The position numbers and the translations under genes were made by a program. Of a stretch of 64,000 nt of DNA, positions 39,510 through 51,426 are shown piece after piece. How positions within the stretch are numbered: position 1 is the stretch's first letter; each line of letters starts with the position of its first letter. Under the pieces are notes generated by a model that had not been told where the DNA came from, did no database searches, and saw only the letters and a program-made list of their open reading frames with translations. Origin of the DNA: a virus (taxonomy: Duplodnaviria > Caudoviricetes); IMG/VR virus record IMGVR_UViG_3300042507_004106; one strand, given 5' to 3'.

Positions 39510-42500
39510 TTACAAAGTCTTTTCAATTGGACCAATATTTCTAAGACCATAACCTCTTCTTTGGATAGTTGGGAATGTTGATAATCCAGAGTCAACTCTA
39601 TAAGAGGAAACAGTCAGAGATATTGGTGAAGAAGATCTAGAGAATCCAGATAACTTACCCCAGGAGAATTTACCAACAGATGGTCCTGTTGTTGCGATTC
39701 CAACTAAGGTTGATGTAGATGCAACGTTGCAAGTAATAATTCCAACAGAAGAGTTAAATGCGCTAATATGGTAAACATTATCTAAGAAAGATGTTCCAAC
39801 ACCAACTACATTAGAGTCATTATTAATGATCGATGTTACTCCCTGACCAACAAATGTATTAAAGATGTAGATTGGTTGCCCAGTTGAAAGATTTGTAAAT
39901 GGTGATAATGTAGGATCTAAAGTAAACTTAATCGCCAAATCCGTTCCAATTCCAGAAGTAGTTTGAATTCCGGTAATATCTCCAGAGAATCCTTGAACAG
40001 TAGTTATATTAGATACATTTTCATATACGGGATCTGATAATGGAACTAAAACTTGAGGAATAATAGTTGTGGTATATCCAAAACCAGGATTTGTAATTGA
40101 TACTGTTGAAAGAGATCCATTTACTATGCTTATAGATGCAGTTGCAGTGATTCCAACCCCAACATTAACTGATGGTGGTGCAGAAATACTTACAGTTACT
40201 GCCGATCCAACGTATCCACTACCTGCATTATTAATTACCAGAGATGAGATTGTTCCTGCGGAAGAAACAATAGCGGTTACAGCGGCAGACACTGGATCTG
40301 CTGCCCCAGATACGATAAATGCATCAAATTGAATGTTTCCTGGCGACACATTTTCATAATTAAAGAACTGTGCGTCATCAACATAAACTAAACTATCTGA
40401 AGAACTGAAATTACCAATAATCTTTGCTGTGGGATAAATTTGTGGTTCTATAGAATCTCTTGCTTTGGAGACTATTCCACCATCAATAACCTTATCAACT
40501 TTTTGCTTAGTCCAACTAATTGGTTTTTGATTTACAGTATCAATTCCCTGTAAAGTGTACAGATTCGTTTGAATCTTATCCGATGATGAAATATCAGTAA
40601 TTACTCTTGTGTCTTGAGTAACGGTGGATTGTAGTAGAGAGTTATTACTATAAACTCGGACATCATCACCAATCTTTAGAGTTTCATTTACATCGCGATA
40701 AACGCTATCAGAAGAACTTCCTCTGTAGAAGAATATTGAAATGTTATCTTCTGGTTTTGGTGCTTCAGTGAATGTAAATGAAGTTCCACCTGTGAACTGA
40801 TATGCAGTTTTTGGTTCCTGTAGAATTCCATTAATAAAGATAACTAATAGTGCATCAAAATCAATTAGTTGTGAATCGGGATCTGAAGAATTCTTTTCAA
40901 AACTGAGAAGTTGGGAGTTATAGAAGAGTGGGAATCTTGTTCTAGATCCATCTTGATAATCCTTAACAGAATCAATATAATCTAACTCACCAAATTGCCA
41001 TGCTCCAAATGAATCAGTAAATGTGTCTAAAATTGTTAATTGGAATTCAGATACTGGTGATGGTAAACCGAAGTCTGTAACTAGTCCCACTGGAGTAATT
41101 ACATCACCCTTCTTAAATCCATATCCAGATCTAGAAATGCTAAATCCAGTAACTTCAAATAGAGTAGATCCAACACCAACGGTAGAACTTGCACCAACTT
41201 CAACATTTAGAAGTAGTCCAACTCCAGTTTCAGTTGTTGTACCAATTCCTGCTCTAGAAACTCCAATTACAGGAAGATTTTCATAATTTGGTGCGGAAAT
41301 ATTGATAGTTGGAGTTGTATACCCAGAACCACCACCAACAATATTAAATGCTAGAGTTCCGCCAGCACCAACTGTTGCGCTAATAGTTGCTGCAGTTCCT
41401 GTATGACCAAATTCAGTGATAGCAATAGAAACAGGGTTTCTATAACCAGATCCATAATTACCAGTTGAACCTATACCGATAGCGACAATAGATCCACCAG
41501 CGCCAACTATTGCAGTAACCGATGCACCAACCAGAGGTGCATATCCAACACCTGGAGTTGATCCAAGTGATACAATAACTCCACCCCTTGGGAGTTGGTT
41601 CATATTTACATCAGATTCCGAAATAATAATTGATCCGTTAGTAGATGTAATTCCAGAGAAAACAATGCTACTAATTCCAACGTTAGTATTTTCAATAATG
41701 CTATAGTTATTACTCAAGTTATTTGATGTGGTTGGTGTTTGGAAGACACCATTTATAAGCACAATACCATTTCCACCAGTTGTACCGAATCCAACTGTGC
41801 TTATTCCTTGAGTAGATAATGTGTAAGTTTGACCTACACCTGTGAAGTTTTCTGAAATATCATCGAATAATTGATTTGTACTATAATCTTTTCTAAGGAA
41901 AACTCTTCCATTAAATGTAGACCTTGCTTCAGCAAGATTATCTACATCAGGTCCCAGTTGGTCCTCAATAATACCTTGTGGGGGACTGACGAAGAAAATT
42001 TCATTTCCAGAAATATTGAAAGATCCACGATAAACATCTACTGTAGAAGAATCTGCGTGTGTGGTTGCAGATGACCCAACAAATCCTCTTTGTACTTGTA
42101 CAAGAGGTACAGATCCAGTGAATGAAATCGGTCCAGACGTGGTTGTACCAAGTCCAACACTATTTACTTTCATATATTCATTATCAACTTTGATAATATC
42201 GTTAATATTAATGGAACTAATTCCACTCAAAGCAAAAATGCTAGAAGCAGATCCAATAGGGGAACCATTGTTTATGGTCTTACTAATCAGTGCATATGAG
42301 ATTGGATATTGAATGATATTATCAAGTGAAATTATTGACTTTTCATTCTTCTTAGCCATCTCTAACTGGTGAGCATTTCCTTCACCAAGAGAAGTAAATG
42401 TTACGCATATTCCAGCAAAAGCATATTCTCTTCTGGTTGATAATTTAAATGTATCATTATTAACCTTATATGCAAAAACTGTGGTTGGTAATCTATCAGT

Positions 42501-45500
42501 GACTACACCAACGGAATTTAAGGTAGACCCAATTCCAACTGATGTTGCACCTACACCTAAGAATGTAGATGTTGGTCTGTAGATAAGTTCTTCTCCAGTA
42601 TTGAAGAAGTGATTATCAATAGAGAACTCACCAGTTGCTGCATTTAAAATTGTGGAGTCTTTTGGATCAAACTCCTTCATAAAGATTGGATATCCTTGAT
42701 AGGTTAAATCAAAATTAAGTCTGTTTAGATTTTCACTATTTAATCCATAATAATTTGCAGTATGAAGAGAATTGATTATACTTGCATACTCTAAATTATT
42801 TGGTTGATTGATTTCATCAGCAATTTTATAGAACTTCTCATTGAAAGAGAGAATTTCAAATGATCCAGAAAGATTTTGGTCTGGATAGAATACCAGACTT
42901 GCTGTTGATCCGGAAATGTTTCCACCAAAAGATCCTATTCCTGAGGTGCTTCCTACAGATAAGAATGGATATTGTACTGTATAAGTATCAGATCCATCAG
43001 AAATCATCATTATCTGATGTAAAGCACTTGTTTCTCCAATACTTACCTTTACAACAGATTTTACTGATGTGAATAGAGTCGTATCAAGAGAAATAATTGT
43101 GGATGCTGAAGAGACAGTTGAAAAATCAGAAACATAGTTTACAGTTCTTTCAAATCCATCAATTTGCCCTGTCTTCTTAAATCTATAAGTTCCTATTCCA
43201 GATGCTGTGGTATTGAATCCAATATTCTTACTTCTAACAATAACATTATTGGAAGATGTATTTGTGTAATTGAGAGTTAGCACTCCACCCGAAATTGAAG
43301 CACCGAAGGATCCAATAAAGTTTCCAGTATATTCGCTATTGGAATCAAAGTAAAACTCAGTTAAGTTTGTATTGGTACCATCATGATCAACATATAGTTC
43401 AACATAATTCATCTCATTGGTTATTGTGTCTAATACGTGAATATTAGAATAGAGGGTTTCAAACGATGAAATATTTTTTGAAATCAGAGAAGTTGTTATT
43501 CCTGAAGATACGTTTGCATTGGATCCAATTAGATCAACAAATCCTACAGAATATGTTCCAATTCCTGAGAAGAATGTTGAGAAATTATCAGATAGAATCT
43601 TAATCTTATAATCTGTATTATATGGATCATAAGGTGTAAATTTGAGGTTGAATTCTCCAGTCTGATCAACATATCCTTCAACATCACCAACCTTACCTTC
43701 TAAGTTGCTGATACTTGCCTTCTCTAAAGTATAAACATCTTCATCATCGTTGATAACAACCAATTCTGTAAATTGAACCTGACTATAATCTAGGCTTGTA
43801 ATCTGAACAAGATAGTTATTGTATTTGGTTGATTTGTTTATGGGAAGGATGTTAGCAAAAGTTTGAACATCACCTTCAGAGCTAGAGAATTGTGAACTAA
43901 TATCATCAATTGAAAGAACACGATTAGTTCTACACTCAACATAGTCTGCTAATTTTATGTTGCTGAATTTCAAGAATCTTGAAGTGGATCCTACAGTATC
44001 AATATCAACAACTAGGTCAATATTATTAATTGTATCCACTCTACTTTCATCGATGATATCATATAAAATTGTAGTAGATTCTGTTACATTGGTAGATCCG
44101 CTACCGACACTTTGAGTAATTGTTGTATCTGCGAAATTTTTTAATCCAATTGGGTGTAGAATACTATTAACTGGGCTAACAATATCAACCCACTCTTGAT
44201 TACTTCTAACTGAGTAGGAAAGATTTTGGTAATAATCATTATCTGGAGTTACTTGACTATCTTCATCTAATTTTCCAGTATTATCAGACCAACCAATTTC
44301 TTGAGTTGATCCATAACCAACACTGAAGTTTCCAGTATTTGTTCCTACATTATCAATAGTAGCAATATTTCCCGACTGAACTCCACGAACTACTTGTCCA
44401 GAAGCAATTTTATAACTTCCAGATACTTTAATATAATTTTGATCATCTTGGGTTACTCTTAGATCCTGTATTTCAAATCCAGTTTCATTTCTAACAGATA
44501 ATTGCTCACCAATAATGAAAGGTGAATAAGTCTGAGTAACTTCAAATTGTGGATAGTTATTAGAATTTATTATAAAGCTGGAAGAATCTTGGACGGTCTT
44601 AGCAATACCTACATTTGTAGAAAGACCCGCCAGATTATATTCTAATTTTCTTGGTAAGAGAGTTCCTGCATTTTCATAGACACTAACAGTGAAAAATTCA
44701 TATCCATAATCTTCAGAATTAAATCCATCGCCATCAGTGCCGTACTTCTGAACACCCTCTACGTAGATTTTATCTCCGACAGAGAAAGGTTCAGTTCCAA
44801 ATCCACTCAGAGGAGTTACAAGATAGCAAGTAATTATTCCCGAAGAAGATCCTGTTATAGTTTGAATACCAATACCATTGGTATTGTTGATTGCTTTAAT
44901 TGTAACTGGGGTAGATGGGAGTCCTTTTGGTTCCTGTTCAATATCTACAGAGATAACAGATGTTCCTGAAAGATTTGCTACAAGGAGACCAGAATCAATT
45001 TTAGAACCAGTCTCACTATCAACAATAATTAAGTTTGGAGCACTGGTGTAATTTCTTCCATTATTGGTTATTTCAATAGAAGAAATTGTATTTGAGTTTT
45101 TAATTGTAAGTAGGGATGGTATTGTAGCAGTTGGTCTTAAAGTTTTGTCGGACGGATACTCAAATCCTTCATTTACAATTCTTGTTTGATTTACTTTTCC
45201 AACTGAGTCTGATTTTGCGATTACATAGGCACCCTTTCCATTAGCGGAGTCTGATCCTACAAATGATGGAATCTTTTTAAATCCTATTCCTGACGATATG
45301 GATCTAATTTTAGAAATACCACCAGAAGCAGTGCTAGAAGTAGTTCTATATTCAATAACATCACAATCTGAATAATTATAGTTCAGATTTTCTGGTAACT
45401 GCTGAAGGGATACTACAAAGGTGGTTTCACCAACACCAGAAATATTGTATGAACCATTATAAACACTATCTACAAATGCAATTTGAGAGTAATTAGTAAC

Positions 45501-48500
45501 TTCAGTGTCTGCAGTGCTAATATAACCAGACTTTTCTAAGTTATAGAACAACTTAGAGGGAAGTTCATTGTTATAGTTTATAGTCAACGATGCTGTTGAA
45601 GATAAACCTACTGTCCCAACTCCAGAAACAGAGAAAGAATTCGTAGATCCAATAGAAACAAATTCATCTTTAAAAGTTTGATCGTAGAATACTTTAAACT
45701 TATATCCAGATAAAGAACTATCTGATAAGTCAAATACTACATTATTATTAGCAACTACATTTAATGGTGGGTTAATTGGAGATAATTGATGAGTAGCTGC
45801 TGGAGCATTTGTTATATCAATAAAGAGTGGATCCGTAGTTGTAGCATCTACTAAAGTATCACATAACTTAATGTTATCGTTATCAACTTTATAAACATAG
45901 TAGAATCCAGTTGTTAATCCAGTAGCAGGTGCTGTACTTGAATATATGACCTTATCACCAGTATTAAAGATATGATTTTGTATTGTAATTTGATTTGTTA
46001 CCGTATTGATTCCCGCAGAATCAAATGATACTGGATTAATTATGATTCTTTCTCTAACGGAATCATATTTTACCTTGATTGATGTTGAAGTTCCAATACC
46101 AACCGAAAGATTTGGTTTTACTTCCAAATCAACCTTGTCTCCAGATAGTAGACCATGTGAGGTAGAAATTGAAACAGTTGATTTAATGCTATCAATATCT
46201 CCTTTTATCTGCTCAAAATTAGACTGAATTGAATATTGATAATTATCATCACCATTACTTCTAAAGAATAGACCATTTGTTGAAGTGGTTAATCCAATTT
46301 GAGTAACAATTCCAATATGATCAACAGATTTTTTAATCACATATACTACTTGCTGATCTCCAGAACTTGGGAGATTAAATGTAGCACTTGTAGATGTATT
46401 AGATACTGAGATTGGTGAAGAGGATGATAATTTTCTAAAAATTACTTGCTGATTATTTGCAAATGGATGATTGGGTAGGTAAATGGATTGTGTTGGGATT
46501 GAGGTTGGAATATTGCGGGTTCCAATTACAAAAGTGGTTGAGAATCCAACTCCAGAAGTGGTTCCTAAACCAACAGATTGTTTGGGGTTGAAGTAATAGG
46601 TGTCATTTACTTTAGAATCAAAATAAGAAACTGATTTATTAATTGTAAATGTATTTGGTATATAATTTACCGTTGTCGTTGCAGTATGTGCAGATCCAGT
46701 AGACTCTCTCACAACTCTCAGAACACTATCTTCATTGAAGATGTTGAGAACTGATAAAGTCTCTCCTTCAATCTTTATAGAACTTCCTATGGAAATATTG
46801 TCAGGAATTCTATTAACGTAAATATCCGTAACTACTCCAGCAACACTGTATACTGGGATATCTTTTGATAGTGAAGAAGTATAAGATGTAACTCCTATTT
46901 GAGTAAAACCATTTAATGGAGAAAGTTCTGTTGAGAAACCAGAAACTGTTACATAATCCAAGTTATTCAATGAATGATATGGGTCAACTGTTACTTTTAC
47001 TTGTGCCCCACTATCCCAAGTGAAAACAACATCATCGTAAGAAGTTACATTAGTGTTAATGTTATCAATTCTCTTACCAGTTAACTCAGAAATTTGAGCA
47101 GAAAGTCCAGATCCTCCAGTATTGTCTTGGTTGAATTCTACAGAATCTCCAACCTTATATTCATCACCTTCATTGATTATTTCATATGAAGTAATTGAAC
47201 CAGAAGATACTGACTCCACAATTGTTAGTTGATCAATAACATCATTAGATTCAATAATGAAATCATTACCAGCAAATTCTTCATTTACTTTGTATGGTAG
47301 TGTATTTCTAATCAGACCAGATTCATTGAAATCAAAAGTTTGATCTAGATTACTATTCTCCGAGATAAACTTAGATCTGTACTTATTACCAATAAAATAT
47401 GGGAATTGTCCAACAACATCTCCGTAGATATCCTCTTCAGAAGTAGCAAAGTATGCATAAACACCATTTGGAAACTCTGGGGTTACACAATATCTTCCAT
47501 TATATTCATCAAGATCTCCAGTATTAGTAAATACATAGTCTTCTACGAAGAATCCAGGATCAAAACCATTTGGTCTATTTTGAACATTTGTTGTGTTCAA
47601 AGAATATCCAGATATTAATCTCTTAATTTCTGAGTTATCATCACTAGCATTAGAATATCCATAAGAACCATAAATTGGGTTTCCATCATATGCCCATCCA
47701 ATAATTGGTGAGTGTTGAACTCCACTATCCGCAAATTCATCTTGAATCTTTTGTGAATATCCAGATACCGTATACTGTAAATTATTCAGTGATGAAATAA
47801 GGATATCATCAGCAAGTTCTCTTATATCATCTTCTTGTCCATATAAAACATTCTTATTAACAGTTAATGATCTTACTTGTGCATTTAAAACTTCATTTCT
47901 TCCAGATGATTCAACAACAAGTGTAGTATTGGATGCACCATATCCCGTACCTGGATTTATGATAACAACATCTACAAGTTTATTATTAACAATGACTGGT
48001 TTAATAGTAGCACCAGTACCACTACCATAGATCTTAATTTCTGGTGTGGAATAATATTCTGACCCACTATATTGGACATTAACATCTTCGATGCGTCCAT
48101 TTACAACAACAGGTTTTAACTGAGCGTTTTTACCATTCTTAATAAGAATTTTTGGTTTCTTGTGTAGATTTAAAATATTTGATCCATAATCAGATCCATT
48201 TTCATAAACATAAACGTCAACGATACTACCCTTTACAATTGGAGTAGATACAATTTGACCAACGAATTGTGTGCTTCCAATACCAGCAGTGCTGTATTGA
48301 ACCGATAGGGAAATTTCTGGATAACTGAAAATTTGATAACCCGATCCAGTGCTTTCAAACTTTACGTAATTCTTTCTCAAGTAGTTTGACGTGTTTGTTC
48401 CTGCTACTCCAGCATTTGCAATTTTAAAAGTATCATTATCTACTTTGAGAATGTAGTATTGATTTGATGTAGATACTCCAGAAATAGCAACAGGAACAGT

Positions 48501-51425
48501 TGTACCAACTCCAACAGTAGTAGAGTATATAACTAGATCTCCATCAGAAAAACCATGATTCTTAAAGTATACTGTGCTATTAACAGTTGAAATTCCAGAT
48601 GGACTTACCAGAAGTCTTCTGTTCTCATATCCACTTCCTGGATTAGTAACCTTAATCTGAGTTAAGGTCTTTTTAAGATCAGTTTCAAATTTGTGAATAC
48701 CAGAATTTCCTATGGTGGTGAATCCTACAGTATTAATTCCTGCTAGGTAATCAGATACAGTTTGATAAATCTGGATAGTGGTATCACTAATATATTTTGT
48801 AAAATATGTGGCTCCCTTTTTCAGGGTAATACCACTATCAGCATCAGATCCATTAAATGTACCTATACCTATTGATTGGTTGTTTACTGGATTATATGTT
48901 ATTTGTTGCCCATTAACAAGACCATGAGCCTTTGTAAAGGTTATAGTTTCGCTGGAAGTATCTAAACCGCCACCAAATCCAATCTGTCTAGCATCAAATT
49001 CTATTGCTCTTTTTCTTGTTTCAATTACTGGTTCAAATGTTGCACCCTTACCATTTCCACCTGTAACTGCAATTGATACGATTGCATCAACATCAAAGTC
49101 TTGGGGATTTACATAAACCTTCTCAAAGGATCCTCTAACAACAGGTTGGAGGAGAGCATTGCCTGAAGATGGTTCTAATAAAGGTGGGTTTATTACATCA
49201 AAATTTGTCCCACCATTTAAAACCTGAACCGATTCTAATGAACCGTAGTAAACCTTATCGTTTGTTTTATATCCACTAATTTCAACACCATTGACTAACA
49301 TTCCAACGAATGATACTGGTGTTGGATCTGAATCCCCATCCGCAATATTAACATTCAGTGGGAATTTTCTTAGAATCTTTTGTGGAGAGATAACCGATTC
49401 TTTTTGACTATTTAAAGTGAAATTATGAGTTCCTGATGTAAGAGGACCAAATTGAACATAATTATCAGACCCTATAAAGGATCTTGATATGTACAATCTA
49501 ATTTGACGCTTATCATTAATTACTTCGACATAATAAGTTCCCTCAGATAATCCTGAGATTGGAGTTTCTGATGGTTTGTAGTAGATCTCAGATCCTGTCT
49601 GGAAGGAAACTTTATCCAAAAAGTTCAGAATGGAATAATTTCCCGTTGTTACATCTTGACCAGAAACCGAAGATGCATTGTAACTGAATATTCCAATAGA
49701 AATCTGATAAGATGGAAGCGAGTTAGAGGCTACGTAAATGTATTCATCACCTTCAGTATAAACATTCTGAACATCACTGGTTAGATCAGAATACTCTAAA
49801 GGTACCTGAGAAGAAGTTGCAACTGATAATTTTCTTCTAATATCGTAATTGAAACTTTGATTGAGTGTGAATGTTCCGTTTGTTGTGATTTGTTTACCAT
49901 TAATTTGAGTTACAACCAAATCGGAAGCATCTAGAGTCTCACTATTTCTACTTAAGATATCAATAACATCTCCAACTTTCAAGCTGGACTTATCCACATC
50001 ACTCTTTAAAGTGACTTGTGATATGGTTCCAGATGCAAAAGTAGAAATTTGATATCTTGAACTGGTGTTATATGTCCAACTATTAGCAAAAATTTCTTTA
50101 TATGTTGGATTGTCTACTGGGTTCTCAATAATTTCACCCAAATTTTTAACTGAAATTTCTTCACCAGCATCAATTGGTGATGATTGTGATATAGAGTTAA
50201 AGTCTGATAGAACTCCAGTGATCCTTAACTCAACAAGATTTTCTGAATTGCCGTCTTCAAATCCATAATAAGTTTCATCCGAACGAATATTTTCTGTAGG
50301 ATTTATTTGCTCAACGATACCCGAGCATCCAAAAAATTGATTTATGCTCTTGCTAGTGTATTCAATTACATTATTTCCAGAATAAAGTTTTCCCGATTGT
50401 GGGAATCCAATAGTGGAATCTACAGTAATAACTTCGGATCCAATTGGAGCACGCTGAACTACTTTGGTACTTCCAGTAATTCCAAATTTTCCAGTAATGG
50501 TTGGGAAAGAATCATCATAACCAATGAAGAGTAAAAGTTTATAATAAACTTTATCTCCTCTCCTGATGACTTCTACTTCAGATACGGATGCGCTTGTATT
50601 AGCATCTGTACTTTTCTTAATCGTTTGTCCTGCTAGTAGAACAGGATTACCTGAAATTCTTTCTGCAACAACTACTAATCTTCTTACATAAGTTGCTGAA
50701 GATGGTTTAATCAGTGAATTTTCAAGATTAATAATCTTTGGAGTTTCTCCAAATAAAACATTGAATAGAATTCTAAATGATTCTTCAGTACCTTTTGATT
50801 GATATAATGTTCTTGCTTCCTTTACAAAATTTCCTACGTTTAACTCAGGAGCAAAATCTAAGTTTTCTAGTCCTGGTGTAAATGTATACTTGAGATTATT
50901 ATAAAACTCTTTTAAAAATAATGAACTTAAATTAATTACTGAAGTATTTGAATTGTGCTCCGAACCATTAGAAGTTTCAAAAATCAGATCGCCAACATAG
51001 TTTGATGTATTGTTGGGAGTAATACCTGCATTATATGTTGTAATTCCACTAAATCCACGGATACAACCAGTAAAAGTATTTGTTGTAATACCAGTGTATG
51101 TGATGATCTCATCATCAATCTTTAACAAACCGTAGGACTGTGGAAATCCTTTTGTACTGGATACTTGAATCGTTGCAGAAGATGCTGAAATATCCGAACT
51201 TAAAGTAGTTGATCCAACTACAACCTCCGGAGTCAGATTGTCTAATTTGATATATTCGTCTAAATTCTCAGCAATATCTACAGGACCGCCTTGGTATTCC
51301 TGAGAAATGTAATATTGCTTTAAAAATTCGGCAGCCTTTGGACTTTCATCTAATATAAATTCTGGAAGTTGACTATCAATAACTTGCTGTATTTTTACCC
51401 TAGATTCAAAACCAGTTTGTATCAT
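39510..51425 (-). CDS. gp7: Giant baseplate wedge initiator (gp7-like)
   Basis: 3971 aa between gp6 and gp8; YQSKGTEESFRILFNVLFG, HSPIIGWAYDGNPIYG, DNDYYQNLSYSVRS, HPIGLKNF. Confidence 0.85.
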   Translation of the reverse strand: MIQTGFESRVKIQQVIDSQLPEFILDESPKAAEFLKQYYISQEYQGGPVDIAENLDEYIKLDNLTPEVVVGSTTLSSDISASSATIQVSSTKGFPQSYGLLKIDDEIITYTGITTNTFTGCIRGFSGITTYNAGITPNNTSNYVGDLIFETSNGSEHNSNTSVINLSSLFLKEFYNNLKYTFTPGLENLDFAPELNVGNFVKEARTLYQSKGTEESFRILFNVLFGETPKIINLENSLIKPSSATYVRRLVVVAERISGNPVLLAGQTIKKSTDANTSASVSEVEVIRRGDKVYYKLLLFIGYDDSFPTITGKFGITGSTKVVQRAPIGSEVITVDSTIGFPQSGKLYSGNNVIEYTSKSINQFFGCSGIVEQINPTENIRSDETYYGFEDGNSENLVELRITGVLSDFNSISQSSPIDAGEEISVKNLGEIIENPVDNPTYKEIFANSWTYNTSSRYQISTFASGTISQVTLKSDVDKSSLKVGDVIDILSRNSETLDASDLVVTQINGKQITTNGTFTLNQSFNYDIRRKLSVATSSQVPLEYSDLTSDVQNVYTEGDEYIYVASNSLPSYQISIGIFSYNASSVSGQDVTTGNYSILNFLDKVSFQTGSEIYYKPSETPISGLSEGTYYVEVINDKRQIRLYISRSFIGSDNYVQFGPLTSGTHNFTLNSQKESVISPQKILRKFPLNVNIADGDSDPTPVSFVGMLVNGVEISGYKTNDKVYYGSLESVQVLNGGTNFDVINPPLLEPSSGNALLQPVVRGSFEKVYVNPQDFDVDAIVSIAVTGGNGKGATFEPVIETRKRAIEFDARQIGFGGGLDTSSETITFTKAHGLVNGQQITYNPVNNQSIGIGTFNGSDADSGITLKKGATYFTKYISDTTIQIYQTVSDYLAGINTVGFTTIGNSGIHKFETDLKKTLTQIKVTNPGSGYENRRLLVSPSGISTVNSTVYFKNHGFSDGDLVIYSTTVGVGTTVPVAISGVSTSNQYYILKVDNDTFKIANAGVAGTNTSNYLRKNYVKFESTGSGYQIFSYPEISLSVQYSTAGIGSTQFVGQIVSTPIVKGSIVDVYVYENGSDYGSNILNLHKKPKILIKNGKNAQLKPVVVNGRIEDVNVQYSGSEYYSTPEIKIYGSGTGATIKPVIVNNKLVDVVIINPGTGYGASNTTLVVESSGRNEVLNAQVRSLTVNKNVLYGQEDDIRELADDILISSLNNLQYTVSGYSQKIQDEFADSGVQHSPIIGWAYDGNPIYGSYGYSNASDDNSEIKRLISGYSLNTTNVQNRPNGFDPGFFVEDYVFTNTGDLDEYNGRYCVTPEFPNGVYAYFATSEEDIYGDVVGQFPYFIGNKYRSKFISENSNLDQTFDFNESGLIRNTLPYKVNEEFAGNDFIIESNDVIDQLTIVESVSSGSITSYEIINEGDEYKVGDSVEFNQDNTGGSGLSAQISELTGKRIDNINTNVTSYDDVVFTWDSGAQVKVTVDPYHSLNNLDYVTVSGFSTELSPLNGFTQIGVTSYTSSLSKDIPVYSVAGVVTDIYVNRIPDNISIGSSIKIEGETLSVLNIFNEDSVLRVVRESTGSAHTATTTVNYIPNTFTINKSVSYFDSKVNDTYYFNPKQSVGLGTTSGVGFSTTFVIGTRNIPTSIPTQSIYLPNHPFANNQQVIFRKLSSSSPISVSNTSTSATFNLPSSGDQQVVYVIKKSVDHIGIVTQIGLTTSTNGLFFRSNGDDNYQYSIQSNFEQIKGDIDSIKSTVSISTSHGLLSGDKVDLEVKPNLSVGIGTSTSIKVKYDSVRERIIINPVSFDSAGINTVTNQITIQNHIFNTGDKVIYSSTAPATGLTTGFYYVYKVDNDNIKLCDTLVDATTTDPLFIDITNAPAATHQLSPINPPLNVVANNNVVFDLSDSSLSGYKFKVFYDQTFKDEFVSIGSTNSFSVSGVGTVGLSSTASLTINYNNELPSKLFYNLEKSGYISTADTEVTNYSQIAFVDSVYNGSYNISGVGETTFVVSLQQLPENLNYNYSDCDVIEYRTTSSTASGGISKIRSISSGIGFKKIPSFVGSDSANGKGAYVIAKSDSVGKVNQTRIVNEGFEYPSDKTLRPTATIPSLLTIKNSNTISSIEITNNGRNYTSAPNLIIVDSETGSKIDSGLLVANLSGTSVISVDIEQEPKGLPSTPVTIKAINNTNGIGIQTITGSSSGIITCYLVTPLSGFGTEPFSVGDKIYVEGVQKYGTDGDGFNSEDYGYEFFTVSVYENAGTLLPRKLEYNLAGLSTNVGIAKTVQDSSSFIINSNNYPQFEVTQTYSPFIIGEQLSVRNETGFEIQDLRVTQDDQNYIKVSGSYKIASGQVVRGVQSGNIATIDNVGTNTGNFSVGYGSTQEIGWSDNTGKLDEDSQVTPDNDYYQNLSYSVRSNQEWVDIVSPVNSILHPIGLKNFADTTITQSVGSGSTNVTESTTILYDIIDESRVDTINNIDLVVDIDTVGSTSRFLKFSNIKLADYVECRTNRVLSIDDISSQFSSSEGDVQTFANILPINKSTKYNNYLVQITSLDYSQVQFTELVVINDDEDVYTLEKASISNLEGKVGDVEGYVDQTGEFNLKFTPYDPYNTDYKIKILSDNFSTFFSGIGTYSVGFVDLIGSNANVSSGITTSLISKNISSFETLYSNIHVLDTITNEMNYVELYVDHDGTNTNLTEFYFDSNSEYTGNFIGSFGASISGGVLTLNYTNTSSNNVIVRSKNIGFNTTASGIGTYRFKKTGQIDGFERTVNYVSDFSTVSSASTIISLDTTLFTSVKSVVKVSIGETSALHQIMMISDGSDTYTVQYPFLSVGSTSGIGSFGGNISGSTASLVFYPDQNLSGSFEILSFNEKFYKIADEINQPNNLEYASIINSLHTANYYGLNSENLNRLNFDLTYQGYPIFMKEFDPKDSTILNAATGEFSIDNHFFNTGEELIYRPTSTFLGVGATSVGIGSTLNSVGVVTDRLPTTVFAYKVNNDTFKLSTRREYAFAGICVTFTSLGEGNAHQLEMAKKNEKSIISLDNIIQYPISYALISKTINNGSPIGSASSIFALSGISSININDIIKVDNEYMKVNSVGLGTTTSGPISFTGSVPLVQVQRGFVGSSATTHADSSTVDVYRGSFNISGNEIFFVSPPQGIIEDQLGPDVDNLAEARSTFNGRVFLRKDYSTNQLFDDISENFTGVGQTYTLSTQGISTVGFGTTGGNGIVLINGVFQTPTTSNNLSNNYSIIENTNVGISSIVFSGITSTNGSIIISESDVNMNQLPRGGVIVSLGSTPGVGYAPLVGASVTAIVGAGGSIVAIGIGSTGNYGSGYRNPVSIAITEFGHTGTAATISATVGAGGTLAFNIVGGGSGYTTPTINISAPNYENLPVIGVSRAGIGTTTETGVGLLLNVEVGASSTVGVGSTLFEVTGFSISRSGYGFKKGDVITPVGLVTDFGLPSPVSEFQLTILDTFTDSFGAWQFGELDYIDSVKDYQDGSRTRFPLFYNSQLLSFEKNSSDPDSQLIDFDALLVIFINGILQEPKTAYQFTGGTSFTFTEAPKPEDNISIFFYRGSSSDSVYRDVNETLKIGDDVRVYSNNSLLQSTVTQDTRVITDISSSDKIQTNLYTLQGIDTVNQKPISWTKQKVDKVIDGGIVSKARDSIEPQIYPTAKIIGNFSSSDSLVYVDDAQFFNYENVSPGNIQFDAFIVSGAADPVSAAVTAIVSSAGTISSLVINNAGSGYVGSAVTVSISAPPSVNVGVGITATASISIVNGSLSTVSITNPGFGYTTTIIPQVLVPLSDPVYENVSNITTVQGFSGDITGIQTTSGIGTDLAIKFTLDPTLSPFTNLSTGQPIYIFNTFVGQGVTSIINNDSNVVGVGTSFLDNVYHISAFNSSVGIITCNVASTSTLVGIATTGPSVGKFSWGKLSGFSRSSSPISLTVSSYRVDSGLSTFPTIQRRGYGLRNIGPIEKTL

Positions 51426-51426
51426 A

